The notes under the pieces: generated by a model
Databases searched by the model: none
Told to the model about the DNA's origin: nothing
The model's input: the letters and a program-made list of their open reading frames with translations, nothing else
Position numbers and translations under genes: made by a program
Part shown: positions 8,719 to 19,343 of the stretch, piece by piece
Numbering within the stretch: position 1 is the stretch's first letter
How the letters are laid out: the number at the start of each line of letters is the position of its first letter
NCBI RefSeq assembly: GCF_000619845.1
Contig: NZ_JHUX01000003.1
Coordinates: forward strand, 180,001 to 212,000
DNA length: 32,000 nt
Origin: Alkanindiges illinoisensis DSM 15370
Lineage (GTDB): Bacteria > Pseudomonadota > Gammaproteobacteria > Pseudomonadales > Moraxellaceae
Direction of reading: 5' to 3'

Positions 8719-9642
8719 TTAAACCTCAGGCTGTGCTGCTTTTTTCAGCGCTTTAATATCTGCATCTGGCGAACATAGGGAAATGAACTCATAACCATAG
8801 CCGCGTAACAAGTGACCTTTACGCACTGCAATCCAGGTGGTATTTTCACCAAACAAATCAATTTGTAGCTGATTTAAGCGGCGATCACGGTCGGCATCAT
8901 AGGCAATGGAGTTCACAATACCCACACCCATGCCCAGTTCTACATAGGTTTTAATCACATCGGCATCCAGTGCAGACATTACAATATCCGGGCTTAAACC
9001 CGCATTGCTAAAGGCTGAGTCAATTTTAGAACGGCCAGTAAATCCGCCGTGATAAGTGATCAGTGGCCATTTTGCCAGTTCATCCAAAGTTACCGTTTGC
9101 TGTTGTGACAGGGGATGACCTTGTGGGGTGATAATGCTGTGATACCAGTGATAATAAGGCACACTGGCCAGACTTTCCTCTTGCGTGAGGGATTCGGTAG
9201 CAATGCCAATATCGGCTTCGCCATGCATCAGCATTTCAGCAATTTCAACCGGACTGGCCTGCTGCAAAATCAGGTGTACTTTGGGAAAGGCTTTTTTAAA
9301 TTTGGCCACAATTGGCGGCAGGATATAGCGTGCCTGAGTGTGCGTGGTGGCAATAATCAGTTCACCCTGATCCACACGATTAAAGTCATCCGATAAGCGT
9401 TTGATATTGTCGGCATCACGCAGCATACGTTCCACAATACCCAATAAAGCCTGTCCGGGTTCTGTCAGGCCAAGAATACGTTTGCCTTTGCGAATAAAAA
9501 GTTGCACGCCCAATTCATCTTCAAGGTCTTTAATGTGTTTACTGACTCCGGATTGAGAGGTAAACAGGGCATTGGAAGCGTCAGTCAGGTTGAAGTTCTG
9601 GCGTACTGTTTCACGAATAATCCGTAATTGTTGAAAATTCAT
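8719..9642 (-). CDS. cysB: LysR-family transcriptional regulator of the cysteine regulon (CysB/Cbl type)
   Basis: 307 aa. The N-terminal HTH MNFQQLRIIRETVRQNFNLTDASNALFTSQSGVSKHIKDLEDELGVQLF and IIATTHTQARYILPPIV closely parallel E. coli CysB. It sits next to the sulfate transport operon. Confidence 0.85.
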   Translation of the reverse strand: MNFQQLRIIRETVRQNFNLTDASNALFTSQSGVSKHIKDLEDELGVQLFIRKGKRILGLTEPGQALLGIVERMLRDADNIKRLSDDFNRVDQGELIIATTHTQARYILPPIVAKFKKAFPKVHLILQQASPVEIAEMLMHGEADIGIATESLTQEESLASVPYYHWYHSIITPQGHPLSQQQTVTLDELAKWPLITYHGGFTGRSKIDSAFSNAGLSPDIVMSALDADVIKTYVELGMGVGIVNSIAYDADRDRRLNQLQIDLFGENTTWIAVRKGHLLRGYGYEFISLCSPDADIKALKKAAQPEV

Positions 9643-9827
9643 TGTCGATTATCTCCAGATTTTCTGTCATTTTTGCGGTATAAAACAGGATGATTGATAG
9701 TCAAACAGGCACTTATGAACGCCTGAATGATAAATCACAATGCCTTAGCAATAAATTGAATTAAGCAGTCAATTCATTGTTTAGTGATTTAACTGCCTGA
9801 TTTAACTTTCTAAGTTAATGGCCTGAG

Positions 9828-10919
9828 TTAAGCGGCATAATCATCAAAAAGATGCAAATTACTGGCTGTCACCCAGACCGTTTGCCCCGGCTGTAAGGTG
9901 AGGCTTAGTTGCTGCTCCGGTGTGAGGGCAACTTCAAGCAAGCGGCCTTGCCGATCCTGAAGCTCAACCCGGATTTGTCCTGCCAGCCAGACATCACGAA
10001 TTACTTTGGCCTGCAAACTTGGTTCGACAGGTGCCTGTGTATGAATATGCAGCTCATTGGGACGTGCAAACACAATCACATTATCCTGACTGCGCTCCTG
10101 AGATTGTTTAGGCAGTTGAGACTGATAGTGCTGTGGCAACACAAGCTGATCATCTGAAAATACGATCCGATTGCCTTGACGCTGGCCTTCAAGCCGGTTG
10201 GCCTGGCCCAAAAAGTCAAACACAAAAGGGGTTGCCGGATGGTCATAGACTTCACGTGGGCTACCAATTTGTTCAATATTGCCTTTGTTCATCACTACAA
10301 TCTGGTCGGCTACTTCCAGCGCTTCTTCCTGATCATGCGTCACAAAAATTGAGGTAATGTGCAGTTCATCATGCAGGCTGCGCAGCCAGCGGCGCAGTTC
10401 CTTACGTACTTTCGCATCAAGGGCACCAAAAGGTTCATCCAGTAACAACACTCGCGGTTCAACGGCTAGCGCCCGAGCCAGTGCAATCCGCTGGCGCTGA
10501 CCACCGGATAACTGGGCAGGAAAGCGGTCTGCCAGAAAACCCAGTTGTACCAGATCAAGCAGCTTGCTCACCCGTTTCTTGATTTCTGCTTCAGAAGGAC
10601 GGGTTTTACGGGGACGCACGCGCAAGCCAAAAGCCACATTGTCAAACACGGTCATGTGACGAAACAGCGCATAGTGCTGAAACACAAAGCCAACCTGACG
10701 ATGGCGTACATGTGTATCTGTGGCATCTTCACCTTCCAGCAGGATTTGCCCGCCATCGGCTGATTCGAGTCCGGCAATAATACGCAGCAGGGTGGTTTTG
10801 CCGCAGCCGGACGGCCCTAACAGCGCCACCAGTTCACCTTCGGGAAAATCAAGGCTAATGTTATTTAAGGCATGAAAATTGCCAAAGTGCTTGTCAATAT
10901 TTTTAACCTGAATGCTCAT
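9828..10919 (-). CDS. cysA: Sulfate/thiosulfate ABC transporter ATP-binding protein CysA
   Basis: Has Walker [10 protein letters not shown], signature [14 protein letters not shown] and Walker [12 protein letters not shown], plus a C-terminal TOBE-like extension. It is the last gene of the sbp-cysTWA cluster. Confidence 0.92.
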   Translation of the reverse strand: MSIQVKNIDKHFGNFHALNNISLDFPEGELVALLGPSGCGKTTLLRIIAGLESADGGQILLEGEDATDTHVRHRQVGFVFQHYALFRHMTVFDNVAFGLRVRPRKTRPSEAEIKKRVSKLLDLVQLGFLADRFPAQLSGGQRQRIALARALAVEPRVLLLDEPFGALDAKVRKELRRWLRSLHDELHITSIFVTHDQEEALEVADQIVVMNKGNIEQIGSPREVYDHPATPFVFDFLGQANRLEGQRQGNRIVFSDDQLVLPQHYQSQLPKQSQERSQDNVIVFARPNELHIHTQAPVEPSLQAKVIRDVWLAGQIRVELQDRQGRLLEVALTPEQQLSLTLQPGQTVWVTASNLHLFDDYAA

Positions 10920-10996
10920 GGCAAATGTCCTATGATAATCCTGTAATTACATCTGTACGATAATGGAGAAGCGTAGTTCGCCGTAATTAATTGGCC

Positions 10997-11887
10997 TTAG
11001 CCAGTCGAATCGGTACGGTTGTCCTGACGATTGGTACGGGATTCAATCCACACCTTAAGAATCAGGGTTAAAATTGCCAGTAGTGCCAGCAGGGATGACA
11101 CTGCAAATGCGGCACTAAAGGTATATTCGTTGTATAAAATCTCAACATGCAGCGGCAGGGTATTGGTTTCACCGCGAATATGACCAGACACAACGGATAC
11201 CGCACCAAACTCACCCATAGCGCGTGCATTACACAGAATCACGCCATACAGCAGGCCCCATTTAATATTGGGCAGGGTGACATGCCAGAAGGTTTGCCAG
11301 CCATTCGCACCCAGTACAATTGCCGCTTCTTCCTCTTCAGTGCCTTGTGCTTCCATTAGGGGAATGAGTTCGCGTGCCACAAAGGGAACCGTAATAAACA
11401 CGGTGGCCAGTACAATGGCAGGCACTGCATACAAAATCTGGATGTCATGATCCCGCAGGCTTTCCCCAAACCAGCCTTGTGCACCAAATAGCAATACCAG
11501 CATTAAACCGGCAATCACTGGGGATACAGAAAACGGCAGGTCAATCAGGGTAGTTAAAATGGATTTGCCCCGAAACCTGAACTTGGCCACGCTCCATGCT
11601 GCTGCAATACCAAAAATCACATTTACTGGCACAGCAATGGCTGCGGTTAGTAAGGTCAGTTTGACGGCAGCCAGAGTATCAGGGTCAATTAGGGCATGAA
11701 CATACACCTGAACGCCTTGCTTGAAGGCTTCAACAAACACCAAAATGAGCGGCAATAACAGGCAGCTTGCAAAGAAAATCAGGCTAATAGTTAAAACGAT
11801 ATAGCGTACCAGTGGTGATTCACGAGTAGCATCACGCGATTGCAGGCGGTCTGACAGGGCATTTCCGTTAGTAATGGACAAACTCAC
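10997..11887 (-). CDS. cysW: Sulfate ABC transporter permease CysW
   Basis: The permease carries the EAA-type loop and [26 protein letters not shown], as in E. coli CysW. The preferred start is GTG 11887, which overlaps the cysT stop (GTGA) and is preceded by GGGAGGG. The track start (11920) would overlap cysT by 37 nt. Confidence 0.88.
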   Translation of the reverse strand: MSLSITNGNALSDRLQSRDATRESPLVRYIVLTISLIFFASCLLLPLILVFVEAFKQGVQVYVHALIDPDTLAAVKLTLLTAAIAVPVNVIFGIAAAWSVAKFRFRGKSILTTLIDLPFSVSPVIAGLMLVLLFGAQGWFGESLRDHDIQILYAVPAIVLATVFITVPFVARELIPLMEAQGTEEEEAAIVLGANGWQTFWHVTLPNIKWGLLYGVILCNARAMGEFGAVSVVSGHIRGETNTLPLHVEILYNEYTFSAAFAVSSLLALLAILTLILKVWIESRTNRQDNRTDSTG

Positions 11888-12729
11888 GATGCAACCCTCC
11901 CGGTACGACGACTGGCCCAAGCCTGTAAAAAGTTAATCAGCAGTAATAGTGCAAATGAAATAATGAGCATCACCACGGCAATGGTGGTTGCTCCGGCATA
12001 GTCATATTCTTCTAGCCGGGAAATAATGAGTAGCGGGGCAATTTCAGTTTTATAGGGCTGATTACCTGCAATAAAAATAACTGATCCATATTCGCCAACA
12101 CCACGGGCAAAGGCCAGCGCAAAACCGGTAAGCAATGCCGGAAAAAGTATGGGAAAAATAACTTTGGTAATGGTTTGCAGGCGTGACGCACCCAAAGCGG
12201 CAGCGGCTTCTTCCAGTTCAGTTTCCAGATCAGCCAGTACAGGTTGTACGGTACGTACCACAAAGGGCAAGCCAATAAAAGTCAGCGCCAGGGTAATGCC
12301 AATACTTGTATAGGCAATGTGAAGACCTAAAGGCTCAAGGTATTGACCCAGCCAGCCATTTTTGGAATACAGTGTGGTCAGGGCAATGCCGGCAACCGCG
12401 GTTGGCAGGGCAAATGGCAGGTCAACCAGTGCATCTACAATGCGCTTGCCGGGAAAGCTATAACGTACCAGTGCCCATGCCAGTAACAGGCCAAACACCA
12501 CATTCACCAGCGCCGCAATTAATGCAGTACTAAAGCTCAGTTGCAGGGCTTTTAAAATTCGTTCGGAAGTCAGAATGTCAATCAGGCCATCCCAGCCAAT
12601 ACCCATTGAACGGATAAACACAGCCGATAATGGCACCAGTACCACCAGTGACAAATACAGCAGGGTAAAACCCAGTGATAGCCCAAAACCTGGCAGGACG
12701 CGGGTTTGTTTAGCCCTAACATTTGCCAT
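11884..12729 (-). CDS. cysT: Sulfate ABC transporter permease CysT (CysU)
   Basis: Multi-pass permease with [22 protein letters not shown] and [19 protein letters not shown] 12729 is preceded by GAGG with a 6-nt spacer. The track start at 12741 is a TTG that contains that SD. Confidence 0.88.
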   Translation of the reverse strand: MANVRAKQTRVLPGFGLSLGFTLLYLSLVVLVPLSAVFIRSMGIGWDGLIDILTSERILKALQLSFSTALIAALVNVVFGLLLAWALVRYSFPGKRIVDALVDLPFALPTAVAGIALTTLYSKNGWLGQYLEPLGLHIAYTSIGITLALTFIGLPFVVRTVQPVLADLETELEEAAAALGASRLQTITKVIFPILFPALLTGFALAFARGVGEYGSVIFIAGNQPYKTEIAPLLIISRLEEYDYAGATTIAVVMLIISFALLLLINFLQAWASRRTGRVAS

Positions 12730-12750
12730 AAATAACCTCAAAATAAACTG

Positions 12751-13401
12751 CTAAAACGAACGGGAAAACTGAAATTGCTGTAGTGGCGTTAAGTCCCGCA
12801 TTCGGGGGTTATGATTTAATGAGGGGCGTACAGGGCCTGAAGCAAAAGGAGTGGCGCCTGATGTTATTAGGTCAAGATAGGGCAACAATTGTGGCCATGC
12901 ACCAAACCCGGAAGCCACATTGATATGCCCGGCATTACCCAAATCAACCAAAGCAGATTGCCATTGGCTGGCCAGCGCTTTGGCAGACTTAAAATCCAGC
13001 CACGGATCAGTCTGGCTGGCAATCAGCAAGCTAGTACCAGCAAGTGCGTTGGGTAAAAAATCAGCAATACTGGCCTGACCTGACTGGCGTAAACCAGTGC
13101 TGGAGAACCGCTCAGGATTGGCAGGCGCAACCAGAATGAGGGAATCAACAGCGCTAGCTAATTCTGGATGCTGTTTTAGCGCAGCCACGCTGGTCAGACA
13201 GCCAAAACTATGGGCAACAATTTGCACAGGCTTATTTTGCTGCTGCAAAACCTTGGCCAATTGAGCTACCCATTGTTGCAATATCGGCTGATGCCAGTTT
13301 TGCTGTTCAACGCGTTCGGCATTTGGCAAAACTTGTTGCAGCCAGCTTTGCCAGTGCTGTGCTTCACTGCCGCCAACACCTGGAACAATCAAGCGTTTCA
13401 T
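12751..13401 (-). CDS. Alpha/beta-fold serine hydrolase (YdeN/RBBP9-like) embedded in the sulfate operon
   Basis: 217 aa from ATG 13401, with GGAG 7 nt upstream. It starts MKRLIVPGVGGSEAQHWQSW and has the nucleophile elbow IVAHSFGC. Size and motif order resemble the YdeN/RBBP9 serine-hydrolase family. Spacing to its neighbours is operon-like (53 nt after sbp, 21 nt before cysT). Confidence 0.7.
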   Translation of the reverse strand: MKRLIVPGVGGSEAQHWQSWLQQVLPNAERVEQQNWHQPILQQWVAQLAKVLQQQNKPVQIVAHSFGCLTSVAALKQHPELASAVDSLILVAPANPERFSSTGLRQSGQASIADFLPNALAGTSLLIASQTDPWLDFKSAKALASQWQSALVDLGNAGHINVASGFGAWPQLLPYLDLITSGATPFASGPVRPSLNHNPRMRDLTPLQQFQFSRSF

Positions 13402-13454
13402 CACATTACTCCAAAGTGTGCCCAAGTTTTGCTTGCTAAACCTACCAGTTGGAA

Positions 13455-14480
13455 TTATTGATTGCCTGAGTTCTGAGCCACGATCTGGTCAAAAACACCG
13501 CCATTATCAAAATGCGCCTTCTGGGTTTTTCTCCAGCCGCCAAATTCCTTGTCCACCGTGACCAGTTTTAGAGGCTTGAACACATTTTTATATTTGGCCA
13601 GAACCTGTGCATTACGTGGACGATAAAAGTTTTTGGCTGCAATTTCCTGCCCGGCAGGAGAGTACAAATAATTCAGGTAGCCAGTGGCCAGATTGCGGGT
13701 GCCATGCTTTTCCACGTTTTTATCAACAATGGCTACGGGTGGCTCAGCCAGCACAGACAGGCTAGGGGTAATGATTTCAAACTTGTCCGGCTGCTCACGA
13801 ATAGCCAGGTAGGCTTCGTTTTCCCAGGCCAGCAATACATCACCAATACCACGCTCTACAAACGTAGTGGTGGCACCACGCGCCCCAGAATCCAGCACCT
13901 TGGTATGCTGGTAAACCTGACGAACAAATTCCCGCGCTGACGTGTCATTACCGCCTTTTTGATGCTTGGCCCATGCCCATGCTGCCAGATAGTTCCAGCG
14001 TGCGCCGCCAGAAGTTTTTGGATTAGGTGTAATGATTTCAACACCGGGTTTTACGATGTCACCCCAGTCCTTGATTTGTTTTGGATTACCTTTGCGTACC
14101 AGAAAAACAATGGTTGAGGTATAAGGTGTGGAATTCTGTGGAAACTGTTTTTGCCAGTTTTTGTTTTTAATTAAAGAAGTATTATCAACAATCGCATCAA
14201 TGTCAGAAGCCAGTGCCAATGTCACCACATCAGCTTCCAAACCATCAATGACTGAACGGGCCTGCTTGCCAGAACCGCCATGTGACTGACGGAAATTAAC
14301 TTCCTGTCCGGTTTTTTTCTGCCAGTAGCTGCCAAAAGACTTATTAAAATCGTCGTATAGTTCACGCGTTGGGTCATACGACACATTTAAAAAATTGATA
14401 GGGGCTGCTGCCAGCGCACTGCCACTCAACAGGACAGCAGCTAGACCAGCGGTCAAAGCGGTGCTAAAACGAATTGCCAT
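13455..14480 (-). CDS. sbp: Periplasmic sulfate/thiosulfate-binding protein (Sbp/CysP)
   Basis: ATG 14480 has GGAG 7 nt upstream, and there is a signal peptide [26 protein letters not shown]. Motifs [32 protein letters not shown] and [16 protein letters not shown] are typical of Sbp/CysP. The 18-codon N-terminal extension in the track is rejected. Confidence 0.9.
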   Translation of the reverse strand: MAIRFSTALTAGLAAVLLSGSALAAAPINFLNVSYDPTRELYDDFNKSFGSYWQKKTGQEVNFRQSHGGSGKQARSVIDGLEADVVTLALASDIDAIVDNTSLIKNKNWQKQFPQNSTPYTSTIVFLVRKGNPKQIKDWGDIVKPGVEIITPNPKTSGGARWNYLAAWAWAKHQKGGNDTSAREFVRQVYQHTKVLDSGARGATTTFVERGIGDVLLAWENEAYLAIREQPDKFEIITPSLSVLAEPPVAIVDKNVEKHGTRNLATGYLNYLYSPAGQEIAAKNFYRPRNAQVLAKYKNVFKPLKLVTVDKEFGGWRKTQKAHFDNGGVFDQIVAQNSGNQ

Positions 14481-14679
14481 TTTATTTCTCCAGAATTTTG
14501 CACTTTTTGAGATGAAAAACGTGTTCTTCATCAATCATTGGAATAAGGATAAAAATTTCTGTAAAAATAAAAAAACAATAAAAAAAGCAATTCTTATGAA
14601 AAAATGTGATTTAAAGAAATAGCAATTCAGGAAATACTAGTGAGGCTTATCACTCGTGAAGCCAGTTTGGGAAATAACT

Positions 14680-15492
14680 ATGATCAGTATTAAGAATGGC
14701 AATTATTGTCAGCATATTGACTGTCAGGATCGTGCTTTTTTATACGGTGATGGCTTCTTTACCACAATCCGGCTGGAAGAGGGCAAGCTTTGCCTGTGGC
14801 AGCGCCATATCGAACGATTAATTCAGTGTGCCGATCAGTTGGGTTTTAACCTGGACATTGAAATACTAGAGCAGCAGGTTCAGGATTTTCTCAAAAACCA
14901 CGACAGCTCTTTTGGTACGGTTAAAATTATCATTAGCCGTGGCTTGGGCGAACGTGGCTATCTGCCACCCGAACAAAGTGCCGATATTTATATCCAGTTT
15001 TTCCCTGCTGAGAAACCGGAAATTATGGCTCAGTCAGCGCAGCCTATTGATAGCGGTTTATTACAGCTTACGCTGGGTCATGTGATGCCTGCCATTGCAG
15101 GCTTAAAAACCCTGAACCGTATGGAGCAGGTTTTACTCCGGCAGGAGCTGGCAGCAACAAAATGGCCTGAAGCACTGGTGTCTGATATTCAGGGTAACCT
15201 GATTGAAGGCGTTTACAGTAACTGCTTTTTTTATATGGATAACAAGTGGTACACCCCGTTGCTGGATCAGGCAGGCATTGCAGGCGTCATGCGTGCCGAA
15301 ATTCTGGCACAAATGCTAAGCGACAATATCCCGCATTTAATTACCCACATTCCAAAAACTGTGGTTGACCAGATTGAAGCACTGTTTTTCTGTAATGCCT
15401 TAAGCGGTATTGTGCCAGTCAAAAGCCTGAATGGACGTGCGTTAACCACTCAGCCTGTCGAACAGTTAAAACAAAAATTGCGTGGCTTGTGA
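14680..15492 (+). CDS. pabC: Aminodeoxychorismate lyase (PabC, fold-type IV PLP enzyme)
   Basis: DRAFLYGDGFFTTIRLEEGKLCLWQRHIERL and GLKTLNRMEQVL (PLP-lysine context) parallel E. coli PabC. The pabC-mltG-tmk order is conserved. ATG 14680 aligns with the E. coli N-terminus, but GTG 14656 (the track start) remains possible. Confidence 0.8.
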   Translation: MISIKNGNYCQHIDCQDRAFLYGDGFFTTIRLEEGKLCLWQRHIERLIQCADQLGFNLDIEILEQQVQDFLKNHDSSFGTVKIIISRGLGERGYLPPEQSADIYIQFFPAEKPEIMAQSAQPIDSGLLQLTLGHVMPAIAGLKTLNRMEQVLLRQELAATKWPEALVSDIQGNLIEGVYSNCFFYMDNKWYTPLLDQAGIAGVMRAEILAQMLSDNIPHLITHIPKTVVDQIEALFFCNALSGIVPVKSLNGRALTTQPVEQLKQKLRGL

Positions 15493-15615
15493 TATTAAAT
15501 TTTTTGCGATTTCCAATGATTTCCTGAATGAGTTGGGCAGGCAGCAATCTGAACCGCTCAATTTTGCCATCAAGTTCTGCTATGCTTGCTTACCTTTGTT
15601 CAGCATCAATCGGTT

Positions 15616-16767
15616 ATGGCAAAACGTCCTGTTAAAACGAAAGCAAAACCCAAAACCAGTGGGGCCTATAAAACCAAAGCAGCGCCATCCGGGGCAGGCA
15701 TTTTGCAGTCTAAAGGTCTACGATTTTTAGTCATTATCATGATTGTCGGCTTGCTGGGGTTATGGCTACTGTTGTGGCAAGGGCTTTGGCGTGAAATTCC
15801 CATGCGTACCCAGAGCCAGATGCTCAATATCAAACAGGGACAAACCTATTCAGGCCTGATTGCCGAGTTGAGCGAAAAAGGACAGATTCGTTTCCCCGTT
15901 ATGGCCAAAATTTACCAGCGCCTGTTTATTCACGATACCTTAAAAGCAGGTGTTTATGAGGTTGAAAAAGGCACAACGGTTCAGCAACTCTTGCAAATGC
16001 TGAGTAATGGCAAGCTGGCGCAGATAAACCGGGTCTTGGTGATTGAAGGCACGACGTTTGGTCAATTGCGTAAGCGTCTGGACAGTGATCCGAATGTCAC
16101 CCATACATTAAAAGGACTAGATAACCCGCAACTGCTGAAAAAGCTGGAGATTAACCAGTCGCATCCTGAAGGCTGGTTTGCCCCCAATACCTATTATTTT
16201 GCCAAGGGCGAAACCGACGCCGCAATTTTAAAGCATTTATATCGCACGCAAAAAAAGATTGTAGATGAAGCCTGGCAAAAACGCGCGCCCAATTTACCGT
16301 ATAAAAATGCCTATGAAGCCCTGATCATGGCTTCAATTGTGGAAAAGGAAACCGGCATTCCGCGTGAGCGACAGGACGTCGCTGGCGTATTTGTGCGCCG
16401 CCTGAAAGTGGGCATGCGCCTGCAAACCGACCCTACAGTTATTTATGGCATGGGAGATAACTATAAGGGCAATATCCGTCGTCAGGATTTGCTCACACCA
16501 ACGCCGTATAACACCTATACCATTGATGGCTTGCCGCCAACACCGATTGCATTGCCCAGCAAGGCTTCTATCGAAGCAGCTTTGCATCCGGCAACAGGAA
16601 ACAGCCTGTACTTTGTAGCAACCGGCACTGGTGGGCATGTATTTAGCAGCTCACTGGAGCAGCATAATCAGGCCGTGGCCAATTACCTGAAAGTCTTGCG
16701 CCAGAAACGTGCGGCTAATGCCAATCCAGCTAGCAATCCAGCAGGAGTAGCCCCTGATGTTTATTAG
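15616..16767 (+). CDS. mltG: Endolytic murein transglycosylase MltG (YceG family)
   Basis: It has a basic N-terminus followed by one TM helix (LRFLVIIMIVGLLGLWLLLW). YceG motifs are present: EGWFAPNTYYF, ASIVEKETG, LQTDPTVIYG, YNTYTIDGLPPTPIA. ATG 15616 is preferred over the TTG at 15586. Confidence 0.88.
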   Translation: MAKRPVKTKAKPKTSGAYKTKAAPSGAGILQSKGLRFLVIIMIVGLLGLWLLLWQGLWREIPMRTQSQMLNIKQGQTYSGLIAELSEKGQIRFPVMAKIYQRLFIHDTLKAGVYEVEKGTTVQQLLQMLSNGKLAQINRVLVIEGTTFGQLRKRLDSDPNVTHTLKGLDNPQLLKKLEINQSHPEGWFAPNTYYFAKGETDAAILKHLYRTQKKIVDEAWQKRAPNLPYKNAYEALIMASIVEKETGIPRERQDVAGVFVRRLKVGMRLQTDPTVIYGMGDNYKGNIRRQDLLTPTPYNTYTIDGLPPTPIALPSKASIEAALHPATGNSLYFVATGTGGHVFSSSLEQHNQAVANYLKVLRQKRAANANPASNPAGVAPDVY

Positions 16768-17377
16768 TTTTGAAGGTACGGAAGGGGTAGGCAAAACCAC
16801 CCTGATTAAAAGTCTGGTAAATTATTTGCAGCAACAGGGCAAGCAAGTGGTTTTGACACGCGAACCTGGTGGCACTCCACTGGCTGAACAAATCCGTCAG
16901 TTATTGCTGAGCCCGCTGGATGAAGCTATGAGCGAAAACTGCGAACTGTTGCTGATCTTTGCTGCACGTGCCCAGCATATTGCACAGGTGATTCAACCGG
17001 CACTCAATGCAGGCCGATGGGTGCTGAGTGATCGCTTTGTTGACGCCAGTTTTGCCTATCAGGGCGGTGGCCGTGGCTTGAATGTAGACACGATTGAGTT
17101 ACTGCGCCAGCAATTTGTACCTGTAATGCCACATCTGACTTTCTGGCTGGATGCACCAGTAGAGCTTGGGATGCAACGCGCGCAAAAACGCGGAGCACTG
17201 GATCGTTTTGAACAGGAAAAACTGGAATTCTTTCAAAAAGTGCGTGCAGTTTACCAAAACCGGGCCAACGGAGAACCGGAACGTTTTGTACGGCTAGATG
17301 CTAGCCAAACGCCAGCACAAATTCTGGAGCAGGCCATTGCAGTGCTCAGGCAAAATCAACTGCTGACAGCAAACTGA
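16757..17377 (+). CDS. tmk: Thymidylate kinase
   Basis: MFISFEGTEGVGKTT P-loop, DRF motif (LSDRFVDASFAYQGGGRG), 206 aa. It overlaps the end of mltG by 11 nt. Confidence 0.92.
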   Translation: MFISFEGTEGVGKTTLIKSLVNYLQQQGKQVVLTREPGGTPLAEQIRQLLLSPLDEAMSENCELLLIFAARAQHIAQVIQPALNAGRWVLSDRFVDASFAYQGGGRGLNVDTIELLRQQFVPVMPHLTFWLDAPVELGMQRAQKRGALDRFEQEKLEFFQKVRAVYQNRANGEPERFVRLDASQTPAQILEQAIAVLRQNQLLTAN

Positions 17378-17396
17378 AACGTGAAAACCAAAAAAT

Positions 17397-17420
17397 AAAG
17401 GCAAACCTGAGTTTGCCTTT
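17397..17420. terminator. Stem-loop between convergent tmk and nadB (probable bidirectional terminator)
   Basis: AAAGGCAAAC-CTGA-GTTTGCCTTT forms a 10-bp stem whose A/T-rich ends serve both strands. Confidence 0.65.
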
Positions 17421-17461
17421 AGATCTATCAGCAGTTTTTTACTGTATTTTTTAAGGTTGCT

Positions 17462-19087
17462 TTAAACTACGATTGGTGACTGTGCAACAAAGTCCGGTGG
17501 TAGCAGAACGGTATCACGGATTTCAGTAGAGATTTCCGGATAGTCCAGCGTATAGTGCAAGCCCCGGGACTCATGACGTTGCAAGGCGCAGCGCACAATC
17601 ATTTCTGAAACCAGTACCAGATTGCGGAGTTCAATCAGGTTTTTGGTGATGACATAACCCTGATAGTAATCTTCAATTTCCCGCTTGAGTAACTCAATCC
17701 GGTTTAGCGCGCGTTGTAGGCGTTTTGTGGTACGGACAATACCCACATAGTTCCACATAAAGCTGCGCAGCTCATCCCAGTTCTGCAAAATCACTACGTC
17801 TTCATCCGGGTTTTGCACCTTGGATGCATCCCACTTCGGCACACTGGTAATAGCCTGCGTATTTGGGTGCAACTGGGCAATATGGCGTGCCGCACTCATC
17901 CCATAAACAAAACATTCCAGCAGGGAATTGCTGGCCATACGGTTGGCGCCATGCAAACCGGTAAAGGATGTTTCACCAATAGCATATAAGCCTGCAATAT
18001 CAGTCTGGCTATGATGATCCACCATTACTCCGCCGCAAGTGTAATGCGCGGCAGGCACGACAGGAATCATGTCTTTGGTAATATCAATGCCCAGTTCCAG
18101 CAGGCGTTCGTACAAAGTAGGGAAGTGGGATTTAACAAAATCTTCCGGCTGATGGGTGATATCGAGCCAGACATGACGAATACCTAGCCGCTTCATCTCA
18201 TAGTCAATGGCACGGGCCACAATATCACGTGGAGCCAGTTCAGCACTTTCATGGAAACGCTGCATAAAGCGTTCTCCATCAGGCAAGCGCAAATACGCGC
18301 CTTCACCACGCATTGCTTCCGTAATCAAAAATGAACGTGCCTGCGGGTGATAGAGGCAAGTTGGGTGAAACTGGTTAAACTCCAGATTCGCTACCCGGCA
18401 GCCCGCTCGCCATGCCATGGCAATGCCATCTCCGGTCGCAATATCCGGATTGGATGTATATAAATAAGCTTTACTGGCACCACCGCAGGCCAATGCTACA
18501 AATGGGGCCAGCAGGGTTTCAACCTGCTCAGTGTGAATATTCAGTACATATAAACCAGCGACCCGGTTATTGCCTGCAAGCCCCAGACGCTGGCTGGTAA
18601 TTACATCAATAGCCGCATAGTTTTCTAGCAACGTCACATGCTGGCATTCACGCACGCGCTTGACCAGTGTGGTTGAAATTGCCATGCCGGTTGCATCCGC
18701 CGCATGGATAATCCGGCGCTGTGAATGACCACCTTCACGGGTTAAATGTAGTTGTTCGGCTTCGTCCAGCGTAAACCGTACACCTTGTTCCAGCAGGAAA
18801 TTAACGGCATCACGGCCATGTTCTACTGTAAATGCCACTGCATCAGGGTGACACAAATGTGCGCCTGCAATTAGGGTATCTTCAACATGCTGTTCTACAG
18901 AATCAGTTTCATCCAGCACAGCAGCAACACCACCCTGCGCATAGTAGGTACTTGCTTCTGTTAATACTGATTTTGCCAGTACGGCAACTTTAAGATGAGT
19001 AGGAAGGGATAAGGCAAGGGTTAACCCGGCTGCCCCGCTTCCAACAATAATCACATCGTAAATAGATGCCTGGCTCTGGTCGCGCAT
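17462..19087 (-). CDS. nadB: L-aspartate oxidase (NadB)
   Basis: 541 aa from ATG 19087. It has the FAD-binding N-terminus [17 protein letters not shown] and motifs [11 protein letters not shown]..., HPTC and RGEGA, with the length typical of NadB. The 41-codon upstream extension in the track is hydrophobic junk translated from AT-rich intergenic DNA. Confidence 0.92.
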   Translation of the reverse strand: MRDQSQASIYDVIIVGSGAAGLTLALSLPTHLKVAVLAKSVLTEASTYYAQGGVAAVLDETDSVEQHVEDTLIAGAHLCHPDAVAFTVEHGRDAVNFLLEQGVRFTLDEAEQLHLTREGGHSQRRIIHAADATGMAISTTLVKRVRECQHVTLLENYAAIDVITSQRLGLAGNNRVAGLYVLNIHTEQVETLLAPFVALACGGASKAYLYTSNPDIATGDGIAMAWRAGCRVANLEFNQFHPTCLYHPQARSFLITEAMRGEGAYLRLPDGERFMQRFHESAELAPRDIVARAIDYEMKRLGIRHVWLDITHQPEDFVKSHFPTLYERLLELGIDITKDMIPVVPAAHYTCGGVMVDHHSQTDIAGLYAIGETSFTGLHGANRMASNSLLECFVYGMSAARHIAQLHPNTQAITSVPKWDASKVQNPDEDVVILQNWDELRSFMWNYVGIVRTTKRLQRALNRIELLKREIEDYYQGYVITKNLIELRNLVLVSEMIVRCALQRHESRGLHYTLDYPEISTEIRDTVLLPPDFVAQSPIVV

Positions 19088-19343
19088 TGTAAAAAGCCTG
19101 AAATTGAATAAAAAACAGAGGCGAATAACACGCCAAAATGATAAAAAACGCAAGCTTTTTACCAAAAAAATTATGATTGGAAATATAGATTTAACTGTAT
19201 GAAATTTCACATTTTCTACATAATCTCAATTAAAGCGGGGATTTAGCTCAAATAGAAACGATTGCTAACAGAAAATCCTTAAAAACTCTGTTAAAACAGT
19301 TAACTAAATTTCTGATTACATAGACTCACTAGGAAGGCAGTCA

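Noticed and set aside
14395-14622. 75-aa lysine-rich ORF in the sbp/pabC divergent intergenic region
   Set aside because: It overlaps the sbp signal-peptide coding region in antisense and otherwise translates an A-rich promoter region (KKTIKKAILMKK). There is no SD and no recognisable motif.
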